Assembly: GCA_010405405.1 (NCBI GenBank)
Contig: MU004244.1
Coordinates: forward strand, 499,895 to 563,894
Direction of reading: 5' to 3'
DNA from: Microthyrium microscopicum
Lineage: Eukaryota
Length of the DNA: 64,000 bases
The notes beneath the pieces are model-generated. The model had not been told where the DNA came from. It ran no database searches and saw only the letters and a list, made by a program, of their open reading frames with translations. Each line of letters opens with the position of its first letter. The stretch's first letter is position 1. Shown one piece after another: positions 23,440 through 35,962 of the stretch. Both the position numbers and the translations under genes were made by a program.

Positions 23440-24158
23440 TGTTGGAGTATGACGATACCTGCTCGTTCAAAGATCGTCAAGGGTTGGTGTACTGGATGGA
23501 GGAATTGAATTGGTATGGTTGGATGCAGTCAAGGCCAGCTTGGGAAAATTTGTGATATGATTATGCATAAAGAAATCATCTGAGATGCAGCTAGATACAC
23601 ACGGTACAAGGTGGACCATGCTGCCCTTGAACGTTTGCATTTTGATAAGTTGCTAGAGAGAAGATGTGAAAAAGGGTGACTGAGGTAAACACTTGATACA
23701 GCCAGCCGTTGATGGAGATGGAGCTTCCGCAATGGGTTGTTGGCGCAAAATTAATTTGAAAGGCGAATAAGCGTACTATATCCGTTTGAGCCAGACTTGG
23801 GTCGTTGACGAGGTGTTTGGTGAAGATAGGAAGAGGTGGCCAAGCGAACGGCGAGTACAATCGCAAGGCGTTGTTGATGAAGACATCAGCAATGTTCGTT
23901 TGTGTGAAAGCGAAGGCCTGAGCTTGGACTGTTTCCAGCATCCATCAGATCGCATGTTTGAATCCAACAGACGAGAGCGTTGCAGCTTCCCGCCAAACGA
24001 CAGCATCAGTGATATTTGGGGGATCAGTCACCCAAGATGGATCATCATTGAGCTTCACCAACCTGGTCTTGTTAAAGTTGGTTGTGTTTGCAAAAGCATG
24101 TGTGGAGGAAGTAATGAACTATCCAGCGTTGAACGCCATGACGAACGCCTTGCGAGCC

Positions 24159-25459
24159 TCAGTTCTCCGGAAACAGCTTCAGCTTTCGATTTGTCATCCT
24201 CAGCCGGTCCAAATGATAAGTATGCGTCGCCGAAGCCATCCCATCAAGCAAGATCTTCTCTAGGCTCTCGTAAACGTTTAACCCATCTGGGCGTTCAGTC
24301 GTGATGTTCTCGCAGATGCCACTACTCTCCACCTTGCGCACCTCCTTAGGATATTGTCCAGCTAGAACCCTCAACTGGCGATAGACAAAATTGATTGATC
24401 CAATTGCGCCGTACGACACCCGAACTGGCCAAATGTCGAGTACTCTGAGACCTCGCACCAGATAGCCGAGCGCGAAAGGGTGACATCCGGTGTGATTTGG
24501 TTCTTCGCATACGGTGCTGGAGAGACGATTGACGGCCTCGTCGAATACTCCACATAAGCCATTGAGTATTCTTTCGCGGGCCTGGAGAAGACAGTCTGCT
24601 TTGGTTAGTACATGGCTGAAATCTTGTCTTGCGAAATCGAGGTCTTACCGTTGTATTGTGGAACTATAACGTCGTCCTCATCTTCCCAGTCTGAAAAGTC
24701 GATGGTTCCAGGTGCATTCCCATGTGTGACATTATCAAGAAGCAGTTTTGTCGCGAGCTGGAACGTTTCCGTATCGCCAAATGTCCATGCAATGTCAGGC
24801 ACTCTCAAGTCTGAAAACTCGGTTTCTTTCTGTCTGTTGCCCTTGCGATTTGGCAATGACTTGCGAGTGGGTCCCATCCAGCTTCTAGCCCAGGGCGTAA
24901 CTCTGTTCGCACAGTCGTATTTATTGCATGTAACGGCCAGAGCGTGAAGTTGGTCAATTTCTAGGACTTTCGGCACGCGATTGAATTCCATGTGCGCAAT
25001 GGAGAATAGAAGTAGCATTGAATCTGGATCATCTTCAACAAAAGAGGCTTGGCGTTCAACGGCCTCCTTGAATTGATGTCCTGCTCTGCCGCCAGACATC
25101 AGCACTCTCCACACGGGGGAAGCAATTGATAATGCCTCCGACGAGACGGCGACTTCGAGAAGGCCTTCCTCTTTGGATCCAAGCGTTACAATATAGTTTC
25201 CTCCATCGTAAAGTGAAAGAACTTGGTTCGGTCGTCTGGTTTTCTCTTCTTCGGGCATGTTGGGCGCTGCAGGGTCGCCTCCTTTCCAATGGCTTCTTTG
25301 AAGATGCTTGAGGCGGTTTTGAGCCCATATAAATTGGAGATCACAGGAAGTGTACGGGCATCTCCATAGAAATGGATCCTTGGCCTGGTCGCCATTGCGC
25401 CTTTGTCGTTTATGTGACCTCTCAGCATCGGAGTCAACACTTCCACCGAAGAGCGACAT
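24159..25459 (-). CDS. C2H2-like zinc finger + BTB/POZ protein, paralogue A
   Basis: CPYTSC...HLQRSH; BTB-like VSSEALSIASPVWR...EDDPDSMLLLFSIAH...CNKYDC; intron ~24596-24648; exon 2 ends LRMTNRKLKLFPEN*. Confidence 0.8.
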
Positions 25460-25769
25460 TGCAACCCTGATTGTCTTTCCAGTCTCTCCTGGTCAAAAGT
25501 CCGGATTGATTATGGAAGCCTGATTGAGAAAATAGCGACACGCTCTCGTGTGATGTGAAATTTGGAGAATTGTAAGTGGTAAAGGGTTGTGAGATGAAGT
25601 TGTAAAAATGGCTTTCTAAGGCACAAGGTCCGTGCACTTTTTGATAGACGGTTGAATGTGTACTTTGAGATTTCCCCGAGGTCAGATTTTACTAAACGAA
25701 GTTCCGATATACAATGCTGTCGTTCGTGCAGATAGATCATCGCTGGCTATATACGATGGTTAGAACTAC

Positions 25770-25962
25770 GGGAAACATAAACGACGCGTACCCACCAGGC
25801 GTGATGGCCACTATCCCCCGTCATAAATAGCATACGCAATGTCCCATCAGATCTGATACATCATCAAGGTCTTAAAAGCCGTCATGGGGGCCAAAGCACT
25901 CGATCACAAAAAGTAATGGATGGGAAACTTCAAAGGCGATGGTAGTAGGTCAATTTCTGTCT
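25770..25962. mobile_element. Degenerate MITE-family copy between BTB paralogues A and B
   Basis: Left end GGAAACATAAACGACGCGTACCC...ATGGCCACTATC, internal CAAAGCACTCGATCACAAA, right end GATGGGA...TTTCTGTC. Confidence 0.55.
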
Positions 25963-27185
25963 AGACTGCCTCAAGCTCTTCTTCTTTGAAGAGCCTCAAC
26001 TTTCCATTCACACTCTTCAACCGCTGCTGATAGCTTTGCAGGAAAAGGCTTTCGGAGGATAAGGTTATCGACCGAAGACGTTCCGGCAGGTCCTCATGAT
26101 TGGAACTGTAAACGAGTCGTCCGCAAAACTCATTGTCAACCTTATGATTTCCGACTTTCTTCCCGTCACAACATGAGAGGAGAGTCTGATACAGGGTTAT
26201 GACCTCACCTGTATAGTGGTCGTAAGGCATCGTGGGCAAAACATCCATGAAGTTGAGTTCTTGAATAACATGACCAAGCGCGTAAGCACTACAGTCTTCG
26301 TGTTGACAAGATCCACAAAGACGATTTGCAGAAAGCCATGAGATGGTCGTGCTGCATAATTCAAGCAGCTGGCGAACCATTCGGCTACGTTCAGCCAGAA
26401 TCGCTTCTTCTCAGACGTTAGCTTCGGATCCCATCCTTATTGATGCTGATCTTACCTACTACACCAGGAGGTGTGGCTTGAAGTTCGACGGTCTCATGCA
26501 TGTACTTCAGCGTGTTCGCCGATACTTCTCCACGCATCATGAGACCGAAGCTCACCTTTTTGAAGGTCTCGCAGTCTCCAAAGGTCCAGGCTATATCAAG
26601 CCAGTCGGGGTGTATTTCTCCGGTCAATGCAATATCTCGCACTGAACCCATCCAGTCGCGAATCCAGGGAGCCACTACTGCAGTCATATCGTATTTGTGG
26701 CAAACGACAGCAACCGCATGGAGGGTATCGAAATCCATATCGTATCGTGGCGGGACTCGTAGCCAGTCCATGTGGGCAATGGCAAGTATGATAAGAACTC
26801 CGTCCGGATTATCACTAGGAAGACAAATTCTTTTCTGAACTGCTTCGCTGAAAGGGCCTTGAACCATGCGTTTCCAGACTGGCGAACACAGGCTCAAGGC
26901 ATGAGATGACACGCCTAGCTCTAGCTGGCCCTCATCTTCGGCACCCAGAATCATGATGTAGTCGTTATCAAAGAATGTCAATTTTTGGATAGGCCGTCGA
27001 AGCTCGCGTGGGCATCTTGAGGCCTTTTGAGTAGCATTTGTTGCTGAAAATGCTAAATCTCTGGTCTCATCTGTGATGGTTTGGGCATGCTCTTCGTCCA
27101 GGTGCTCCAAGCGAGCAGCAGCTGAATCGAATTCTTCTTCACAAGACAGCCAGGGGCATTTCCAATGAAAAGATACTTTCGCCAT
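25961..27185 (-). CDS. C2H2-like zinc finger + BTB/POZ protein, paralogue B
   Basis: MAKVSFHWKCPWLSC...HLDEEH; VSSHALSLCSPVWKRM...CHKYD; intron from 26455 at the equivalent position; ends LKSVNGKLRLFKEEELEAV*. Confidence 0.82.
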
Positions 27186-27419
27186 GATGGATAACGGACT
27201 TGGTAAGTGATACCCGGCTGACTCAAGCGATGAGGTAAAATGATGGTTGACGTTGAGTGCTTGAGTAAAAAAGCTTCGAATTCTGTGTGCGCACAATGCT
27301 GTAGGCTACCTGCGACTTTGGGAAAGTGCTCTCAAGGTTGAAAGGCTGGAACATTAGGTAGTCCTTGGGCCGAGCTGCAAACCGTCCATCGTACCTTCTC
27401 TATCGTCCCGGGCAACTTG

Positions 27420-27620
27420 TATGGACAAAAATAACTGCCGTGGTCCAGAAGCCCTCATGGTTCCCACGATCGCTACTAAACAAAAGGTGCTATTATTTCC
27501 GTTGCATTCGATAACCTGTGCCAGTCTGAACGTCCTTTATGGTACTTAGCGCATTTGATCTCAGAGCGTATCGCGTGGGAGCCATGGAAGTCAATGGGGG
27601 CACGCCAGCTGTTTGTCTAT
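27420..27620. mobile_element. ~200-bp MITE with ~50-bp imperfect TIRs
   Basis: Left ATGGACAAAAATAACTGCCGTGGTCC...CATGGTTCCCACG and right CGTGGGAGCCATGGAAGTCAATGGGGGCACGCCAGCTGTTTGTCTAT are inverted relatives. Confidence 0.7.
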
Positions 27621-27697
27621 CGGTCGGGAATCCTGTACAGGTGACTGTGGTACAAAGATATGATGGCTGCTGGTATTTGATTACATGAAACTAGTTA

Positions 27698-29180
27698 CTA
27701 AGAAAAGAGCTTCAGCTTGCGGTTCGTTTCTTTCAGGTGTTCTAAGAGATCATCCTGAATGGGAGACTTCATCTGCAAACGGATGAGGTCTAGTTGTTCT
27801 TCCATCTCATCTTCAGAATTCCACCATGTTCGTCCGCATAAGTGGTTGTGCGTGGACACCGACTTTCCTCGTAGTCCAATAGCGGACAGTGTAGAGTGTA
27901 GCTGATGTAGGGATGGCAATTCATGAAGTAGAGGCCTCTCCGGCCAAAGCATTTCTGACTTCAAACCTTGTATTAAACGCCCTAGTGCAAAAGCGCCACA
28001 ATCATCGCCATAGCAGCGACGGCAAGTCGGTTCCGAGGATAAGTATGAGATGGTCTCGTCGCAAACGGCAAGGTATGAGTCTATTGCGAGCTCGCGTCCA
28101 CGTAGAATCGCTTCTGTGTATGTATCAGGGTATTGATCGTGGCGTTAATAAATGGCACGCAACCGGTTGACAGGATAAATGTGCGCTTCCATCAAGTACG
28201 GTGTCTCCCATGGCACTCTATAACGAGATAACGCTCAAATTTGCAGCGTATTCGATTAAGAATCGACAGTTCTACGCATTAAGTGGGAAATAAAGCACTC
28301 CGTTCCAAGGCGTAGCAGATGGTAGGCCTCACACTTGATGGGAGCACATCATTGATTTTGTCAACCGATTGACACACTGCGATCACGTACCTATCGCGCT
28401 TGGAGGTGCAGCTTGAAGCTCGACAGGCTCTGAATGGAACAGCAGAACATTCGGCGTCTTTGAATGCACGCCTTCTTCCATGAGGAGTCTAGCCATTTTC
28501 TGAAACAACTCCACGTCTCCAAATGTCCAGCTTATATCCAGCCATTCCATTGCTGTCAAGATTTGACTTGCTTTCGACATGGCTAAATTCCGACCTCGAC
28601 CCATCCATTGTCGCACCCAAGGCGTTACCACCATCTCGCAATTATACTTGTGGCAAACCACGGCGAGTGAATGGAGCCAAGCCTCTGACCTAGCAGTGGA
28701 ATACGTGGGAATTCGAAGAAATTGCATATGAGCGATTGCAAGGATGAGAAGAATACTGTCTCCGTCGTCGTCGGGTAGACTCATTTTCTTTTCAATAGCC
28801 TCGCGGAAGTTGCCTGTAACCATCTTCTTCCAAACGGGAGAGCACATAGACAGAGCCTGGGAAGAGACGGAGACTTCTACTTGGCCCTCTTCTTCGTTTC
28901 CCAGGACAACAGTGTAGTCTCCATCGTCATATAGCGACAATTGTTGTTTTGGTCTTCGCAGTGGGGGAGGAGTCGGTCTTATGGCTTTATCGATCTTGGC
29001 CATCTGGAGTCGAAGTTCGTTCATGGCTTGTATGAATTCATCGTTGGTATGAGCCATTATTCGAGCAGGAGTCTTGACCCAATGATTGTCTTCCAGATGC
29101 GTCAAGCGCGAAGCTGCTGCATCAAATTTGCTCTCGCATGTCATGAAGGGACACTGCCAATAGAACACTTCCTTTGCCAT
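27698..29180 (-). CDS. C2H2-like zinc finger + BTB/POZ protein, paralogue C
   Basis: MAKEVFYWQCPFMTC...HLEDNH; VSSQALSMCSPVWKKM...CHKYNC; an enlarged intron (~28114-28390) holds a MITE; exon 2 EAILRGRE...LKETNRKLKLFS*. Confidence 0.82.
28161..28370. mobile_element. MITE-family copy inside the intron of BTB paralogue C
   Basis: TIRs AACCGGTTGACAGGATAAATGTGCGCTTCCATCAAGT and ACTTGATGGGAGCACATCATTGATTTTGTCAACCGATT; internal TAAAGCACTC...GCGTAGCAGATGG is shared with the family. Confidence 0.75.
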
Positions 29181-29713
29181 GGCTATCCAGGTGGAGGTTA
29201 GAGAAGTGCAAGAATTGCGCGAGTTCTCCTCAGTCGATGGAGTTTGTTCCTTGTTCTGGCGACCTGCGCCAGAGAATTAATAAATTAGGTTTGTGAGAGC
29301 TTGATCTCTCCTGTCGAATATATGACTGGAAGACGGCGAAGAAATCGCATGGTAAACCTCAATGATATTCTAACAGGACGGGATCCAAGGGAGTGAGGTT
29401 GCGAAGCGCGTTCACGCGAGCCACGACTTTCTGTGGCGCGTTGCTGCGCGACACCTCAAGCACCGCAAACGATGTCATATCTTACGATCTAAAGACAGAG
29501 CAACTTGAGAGTCTTCGAAAGTGATTTTCCAGCTCGGTACACATCTACTACTTAGATGGAGTATCTTTGAAGTTTGACTGCCGCACGTGGAACTTGGGGA
29601 GGTGACATCATGAGGTCTCCCCGCTCGCATGTGAAGCTAAACCTTTCGACTTCATTCAATCTCTATCGTCGCCATACATCGTCTAGTCAACAAATCAATT
29701 TCACGCATAAATA

Positions 29714-31223
29714 ATGGCCTACGTTTACGATAGCCATCTTGTATGTCGTCACTGTCGTCACTGTGCCATTCACTCTGGTCCGCTAACAATGTCTCCAGGA
29801 AGCCTTCGAGCACTATCACAAAGCCATCGAAGAAGAAGCCAAAACCTCCATACTAGGAGGTCCTGCACTCCCGGCTCTAGGCCATGCAGTCTCCGGTGCT
29901 GCTGGCTCTGCCATCTCGAACCTCATATCGTATCCTCTCTCCTTGGTCATAACAAGATTACAAGTCCAACGCCGGCTCAGCAAAGCCGGTGGAAATGGCA
30001 AGCTCGACGACGAATATACTAGCATACTTGATGCGGCGCGCAAGATTTACGAGCAAGAGGGTGGAATTGACGCTTTTTACGCGGGTGTTGGCCAAGACAC
30101 TGGCAAGGCCTTGCTCGACGCGTTTTTGTTTTTCTTGTCATACAATTTTATTAAACAGGGGCGGTTGAACAATCATGCTGGAGCAAAAAGATTACCAATG
30201 GCGGAGGAGCTTGGTGTTGGCATGGTGGCGGGTGCAATATCGAGGTTTTTCACAATACCGGTGCAAAATATCGTCACGCGAAAGCAGACAGCGGCCATGA
30301 TGGCAGCGAGGAGCGATTCAGTCGAAGCGAAGAAGCAAATGTCCAATCTGACTACGCGGCAAATCGCGAGACAGATACGCGAAGAGAAGGGTATTTTGGG
30401 CTTTTGGTCTGGCTATTCGGCAACTTTGATTTTGACACTAAATCCGGCTCTGACATTTCTGTTCCATGAGACATTGCTCAGGATGTTGGTGAAGAGAGAA
30501 AACCGATCGAATCCAGGATCTCGGGTCACATTCATAGTTGCTGCTTTGTCCAAAGCTGCAGCTTCCACAATCACATACCCAGTCGGACTCGCGAAAGCAA
30601 GAGTACAAATGTCCTCCAAGGCCGTCACACCACCTGACGACACGGAAACGATCACGGAGAAGACCTCATTATCAGAGGCATCAAAAACTGCCGCCACCAA
30701 AGCCAAACAGAGAACCATAATTGATGTTCTAATCAACATCGTCCGAGAAGAAGGGGTTTCGGCACTCTACTCTGGTCTTGAAGGCGAAGTTCTCAAGGGC
30801 TTCCTGACTCACGGCCTTACCATGCTGATTAAGGAGAAGATCCACAAACTCGTCATACAAGCCTACTACTTCATCCTTAAACTTATGAAGAAGTATCCCG
30901 GCCCGGAAGAGATGAGCCAAGCAGCAGTCAAATCGGTCTCTGATGCCGCTTCGAACGTTGGAGAGAAGGCACAGAAAGCGGCAAGCAGCATTACAGGCGC
31001 AGCTTCGAATGTGGGAGAGAAGGCCAAAGAAGCCGTAAATAGTGTCACAGGTGCGGCTTCGAACGTAGGTGAAAAGGCACAAGAAACAGCCAATGGCATT
31101 ACCGGTGGAGTTCAACAGAAACTGGATTCGACATTTGATACACTACACGATTTGTATAAGCATGGAAGAGAAAACGAGATGGATATATGGGATGAGTATT
31201 TGCTAGGAGACGATGATGACTAA
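29714..31223 (+). CDS. ANT1: Mitochondrial-carrier-family protein, peroxisomal adenine nucleotide transporter ANT1-like
   Basis: MAYVYDSHL, an intron, then ALGHAVSGAAGSAISNLISYPLSLVITRLQVQ, with carrier repeats PVQNIVTRKQ and YPVGLAKARVQ, GFWSGYSATLILTLNP and LYSGLEGEVLKGFLTHG. Confidence 0.85.
30944..31105 (+). repeat. 3 x 54-bp coding repeat (AASNVGEKA+E.A..ITG) in the ANT1-like C-terminal tail
   Basis: GCTTCGAA(C/T)GT.GG.GA.AAGGC recurs three times at 54-bp spacing. Confidence 0.85.
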
Positions 31224-32176
31224 ATCTGGTTTGAAGTGCTACTCTAGTAACAATGTAATGCCGTTGGATCATTAACCTAGGTTCATGTTCATTTCCATTC
31301 TTTTTGTATGGTTACTTTGTTCGCACACCTACGTTTGCGTACTATCGCTGCCTTTGGCTAAGTTTGGTGGTTTCCTAAACTTTACGCATGTTTACCAAAA
31401 ATATCAAGTCCAATGATTATTGATCAATGTGGGACCTCATGAGAAAAGAGAGGCGCGAAAATATGTAATAGGAAAAAACAATCTAGGATTGTTCATGTTG
31501 GCACGTTCTAGAGTATCAAAGTATGTGATGGTTGACTGAAATACGCCCTGCATTGTCATGACTGGATCCAGCCAATCGCGTAATACAACATAGTAGAAAT
31601 AACGATTCGACTGGCTTATGTGGCCGATCCGCTCAATTGCTTAAAGAGCCTCAGATCGAGGTTATCTCGTGTTTACAGGCAAGGAGACAAGCAGCTCCTT
31701 TTATCCTGGACTTTGCGAGACTTGCCATACATTGCCTTGAACAGTAAAAAGGCTCAAACAGTCTATTATTGGATATTTTGTTATATTGATTACATGAAGA
31801 GTACAGATTCAGTGGTAGAATAGGACAAAAGAGCAAATTTTTGGAATAAACGGGCACAATAATGTGAATAATTGGCACATATAACGTATATCGATCCTGC
31901 AAGCACGACATTGCCAGGTCTGAAAACGAATATTGCCAATACCAGCTTCTCCCACGCGAACTTCTCTCAAGCATGCAACAGATTGTAAAATGTTTCCAGT
32001 AATATAAACATGCATAATAAGGTAGTTCCCCGCAAAATCCAGGTATTCGGTTCATCATCCTGGATGAAAGGCCATCTGGTATTGAGCTGCCGTAGCAATA
32101 TCACTGTAGCTTGATCAAGTCCGACCTCACCTGTGACTTGTACTTCCCTGTGCTATCTGCCACAGTAGGAGTCGTC

Positions 32177-33855
32177 ATGGCCGAAGTCCCAGAGAAACAA
32201 GAGTATGATATGGACAAGAAAGTTCAGTTTGACGAAAACCAGCCCAATGCATCACCACCATCTGACGATTTGAATGTCCATGGAGTCAACGAAAAAGCCC
32301 TTTTGCGAAAACTGGACTGGAAGCTGCTTCCAGCCTTGTCTATATTGTACTTGCTCAGCTTCTTGGACCGCAGCAATGTCGCCAATGCTAGACTGGAGGG
32401 ATTAACTACAGGTAAATGGGCATGACTGAGTCATTATCAACCTGCTAACAATTGAAGACCTCAAAATGACTGGTAATCAATACCTTACTGGTCTGACGCT
32501 TTACTTTATTGGTTATGTTATCTTTGAGATTCCTAGCAACATCATCCTCAAACGTACTTCTCCAAGGATATGGCTACCGACTTTGACTCTCGCTTGGGGT
32601 GTTGTAGCTACTCTGATGGGAGTCACCCAAAACCTTGGAGGTTTCTTTACTGTTCGCTTCTTTTTGGGTGAGTAACTCACTCTGAGCATATACTGAAGCA
32701 ACGCTAAAGCATGTATAGGTGCCACTGAAGCAGGGCTCTTTCCAGGTGTTTGCTACTACTTGTCCATGTGGTATAAAAGACACGAAAGACAATATAGAAT
32801 CGCTCTATTCTTCTCTGCTGCTTCATTAGCAGGAGCTTTTGGTGGTATTCTTGCCTTTGTAAGCACAAACTAATCCTAAGTAATAGCTGAAGCTTATACG
32901 CTACAGGGTATCGCCAAGATGCGGCATGTTGGCGGTCTCAACGGATGGCGATGGATCTTCATACTCGAAGGCATACTTACAGTCCTTGTTTCTCTTTTCG
33001 CCTATTTCTTCATTGTCAACTATCCCAACACTGCCAAGTTCCTTACCCCCGAAGAACGCGATTTCGTTCAAGCGCGGCTCAAGGCCGACAGCGATGCCAC
33101 CGCCCACGAAGGCTTCTCCTGGGAGAATGTGAGATCAGCTCTCAAGGATCCGAAGTGCTGGCTGTATGGATTGGCTTTCCACACCATGTCCTTGCCATTA
33201 TATACACTTTCACTCTTCCTCGTAAGCTCAACCCTTCAACAGATGTGTATACTTTGTACTAACAATTCCCTAGCCCAGCATCATCGCCTCTCTAGGCTAC
33301 AAAGCAGCTTCAGCCCAACTGATGACCATTCCCCCATACGCTCTCGCCACCGCCATGACTGTCCTCGTTGCCTGGGCCTCCGAGACCTTTCGGCGCCGTG
33401 CACCGTTCGCCATGGCTTGCTCGTTTCTTGCTCTGCTCGGATATATCATCTTGTTGTTCAACAAGCAGCCCACCATCCACCCACGTACTTCTTATGCAGG
33501 CACTTTTTTGGCAGCCGCAGGTATCTACTCGTCCACTGGTTTAGCGTTGGCTTGGCCGGCAAACAATGTAGGCGGACAGACGAAACGTGCGGTGGCTAGT
33601 GCCATGCAGATCAGCATTGGCAACCTGGGAGCAGTGATGGGGACACAGTTGTATAGACCTAATATGGCGCCACGGTATGTGGTTGGACACAGTATGGCGT
33701 TGGCGTATTTGGCAGCCAACATCGTGGTGACGTTTGTCATTTGGAAGGTTCTGAGTCGGGAAAACAAGAAGAGAGATCAGGTATTGGAGACCCAAGGGGG
33801 AGGAGATGGGGAGTGGAAAGGAGACGAGGATTTAAGGTGGAGATTTAGTACGTGA
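32177..33855 (+). CDS. MFS transporter, anion:cation symporter family (Tna1/Dal5-like)
   Basis: LRKLDWKLLP, SFLDRSNVANARLEG, FEIPSNIILK, EAGLFPG, WRWIFILEG and NNVGGQTKRAVA, across four short introns. Confidence 0.92.
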
Positions 33856-33992
33856 GTATAATATCATGTCGGTTTTGCGTATATGTATGGAATGTGCCTG
33901 CTTTCCAGTTTCGGTCACATATGACATGAGACAAGTGTCTGGAAGAGCGAGAAGATTTCAATTACTATTAGCCACTACAAACAGTGATTTGT

Positions 33993-35962
33993 TTAAGCCA
34001 CCTCGTTCCAAACCACATTCTTATCGCCACGACACCTGATTTTGTACTTGCCCTCGGCAATCATATGATTGACAGTCCAGTGGACGTTGGGCTCGCTTTC
34101 ACGAATTGGACGATATCGACCCAAGTTCCATCTCACTTTCTTCACCCACGTCTCACCATCTTGAGCCAGGATTCGAACTTTTATGGGCCAGAATTCCAGA
34201 ACCCACCAACCATGAGCAATTTTCAGCTGATCGTTACATCTGTAGTGTGTTAGCTTGTTCTAAGATTGGTATTGGAGTGGGAACCATACGTTGCTTCTGC
34301 ATCAAAATGGTTCTCAGTTGACTCTGACGGCAGAATATACTGGAGATCCTCCGCAGTTGGCGCGTCCTTGATCCGGTCCTCTTTCCGGCCAATAGGCAAG
34401 AATGTTGCTCTTCGCCATAGAGGAGCAAGGCTACCTTTCTTGTATTTCTCAAGCAAGGCAGGAGGCGGACCAACCAAGGGCTTCGTAGGTTGTTGATAGA
34501 CAGGATATAGAGTATTGACATCAATCCCCTGTTGAGCTAAATGGATGGTGTTGAAAAGGATGCCAGTGTCGCATTCGAAACATTGACGGATCATCCATCG
34601 CAGAGGGATACGAGACAGCATATGGCGAGTTCCATTCTTACATGAACCTCCTCCAATATCTGCATGAGCTCCCATGAACCATACTTCAAGAGCATCTGTT
34701 TCAACTTTGAGATTCTTACGATAAGCTGCATCTTGTTTGTCGAATTTTGCCTCGAAGGATTCTTGCATATCTGCTTTGGTTTGCCGTCTTTTCAACGCAA
34801 AGCCATTAGTTTTGTCTGCGCCATTGATACCGTTCGAATGCTCCCCGTTGGTAGTAGCTTTGGTTTCTTCAGTTGGGTTTTTATTGGCGTGGTCAGGATC
34901 CTTCTCTTTTCGGAAGGCTTTGAAAATTCCTGCTTTCTTGACCTTGTCTTTCTTTGAGCCATCAGAAGCTCCCGCCGCGATGCGGCGTCGAAGTTCTTCT
35001 TCGGTAAGGTCTGGATCTTGATGAGACCATTGGCAGACCTTGAACTTGGCGCGATGCTCGTCTAGTGCCATGGCATGTCGGAAGTAATGGACGGAGTTTG
35101 TGGGGGACTTGCTGAAAGGGAGTTTTCGTGGGATGAAACCGACCGACGCGACGCAATCAAAGACACCAACAAAGCTATAAGGTCTGTTAGTAACTCTACA
35201 TGATATGGGGCCAAGAGACTTACTAGACATTAACATCCGTGCAAAAAGTCCGCTTAAAGTCCCAACTCATTCCCCACCCAGCATCCGAGTCGTCCTTGTA
35301 GAACTCATAGGCAAAGTTCACCTGAGATTTGTTGCTTGCTGGCAGCAACCCAACTTTATGTAGCATACCAGCAAGGCAGCGGACAGTGTATGCACCACGA
35401 GAGAATCCAAACAGACAAATTTTATCGCCAGCCCGATAGTTCTCCATCAAGAATTGATACGCATCACATATATGAACACCTAGGACCTGCATTAGCTTTG
35501 GGTCACAGCATATGGATCCTCGGGAGGTACCTAATCCGCTTCCAACGGCCATGTCTGCAGCGGCACCGATTCCATTTCTTAGTCCTCCCTTGCCATAAGT
35601 GCCAATACCACTTTGATAGTATGTCACTTGGCGCTCGGGAGTGTGTTTCATGAGACAAGAAACAAAGTACACGATATTACTGTTGTCCTGTAGATTGATT
35701 AGTACCATTTGTAACTCTTAGTGTATCCTCAATTGAAATATACCTCGTCGAATTGATCGCCAGTACCGTCTAGACAGATGACCAAAGTCCGAGGATGTTC
35801 TTTCACCAATCCTTCCGTTGCGTTGTCCCTCACGGCGCGAATTGTTCTAGGTAGGCGATCTGGCATGGCAGCCTCAATCTTCTCTGGTGGTTGGACATGA
35901 GGTGTGAAGTCTGGGCTTTGGACTGGGTATGAGCCCCTCTTCTCAAGCGTCTTTTCTTCCAT
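33993..35962 (-). CDS. DUF2235 alpha/beta hydrolase (Tle1-like phospholipase domain, YEL023C-like)
   Basis: LVICLDGTG, YYQSGIGTY, GDKICLFGFSRGAYTVRCLAGM (GxSxG), VGVFDCVASVG, RHAMALDEHRAKF, EVWFMGAHADIGGG and WWVLEFWP, across several canonical introns. Confidence 0.88.
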
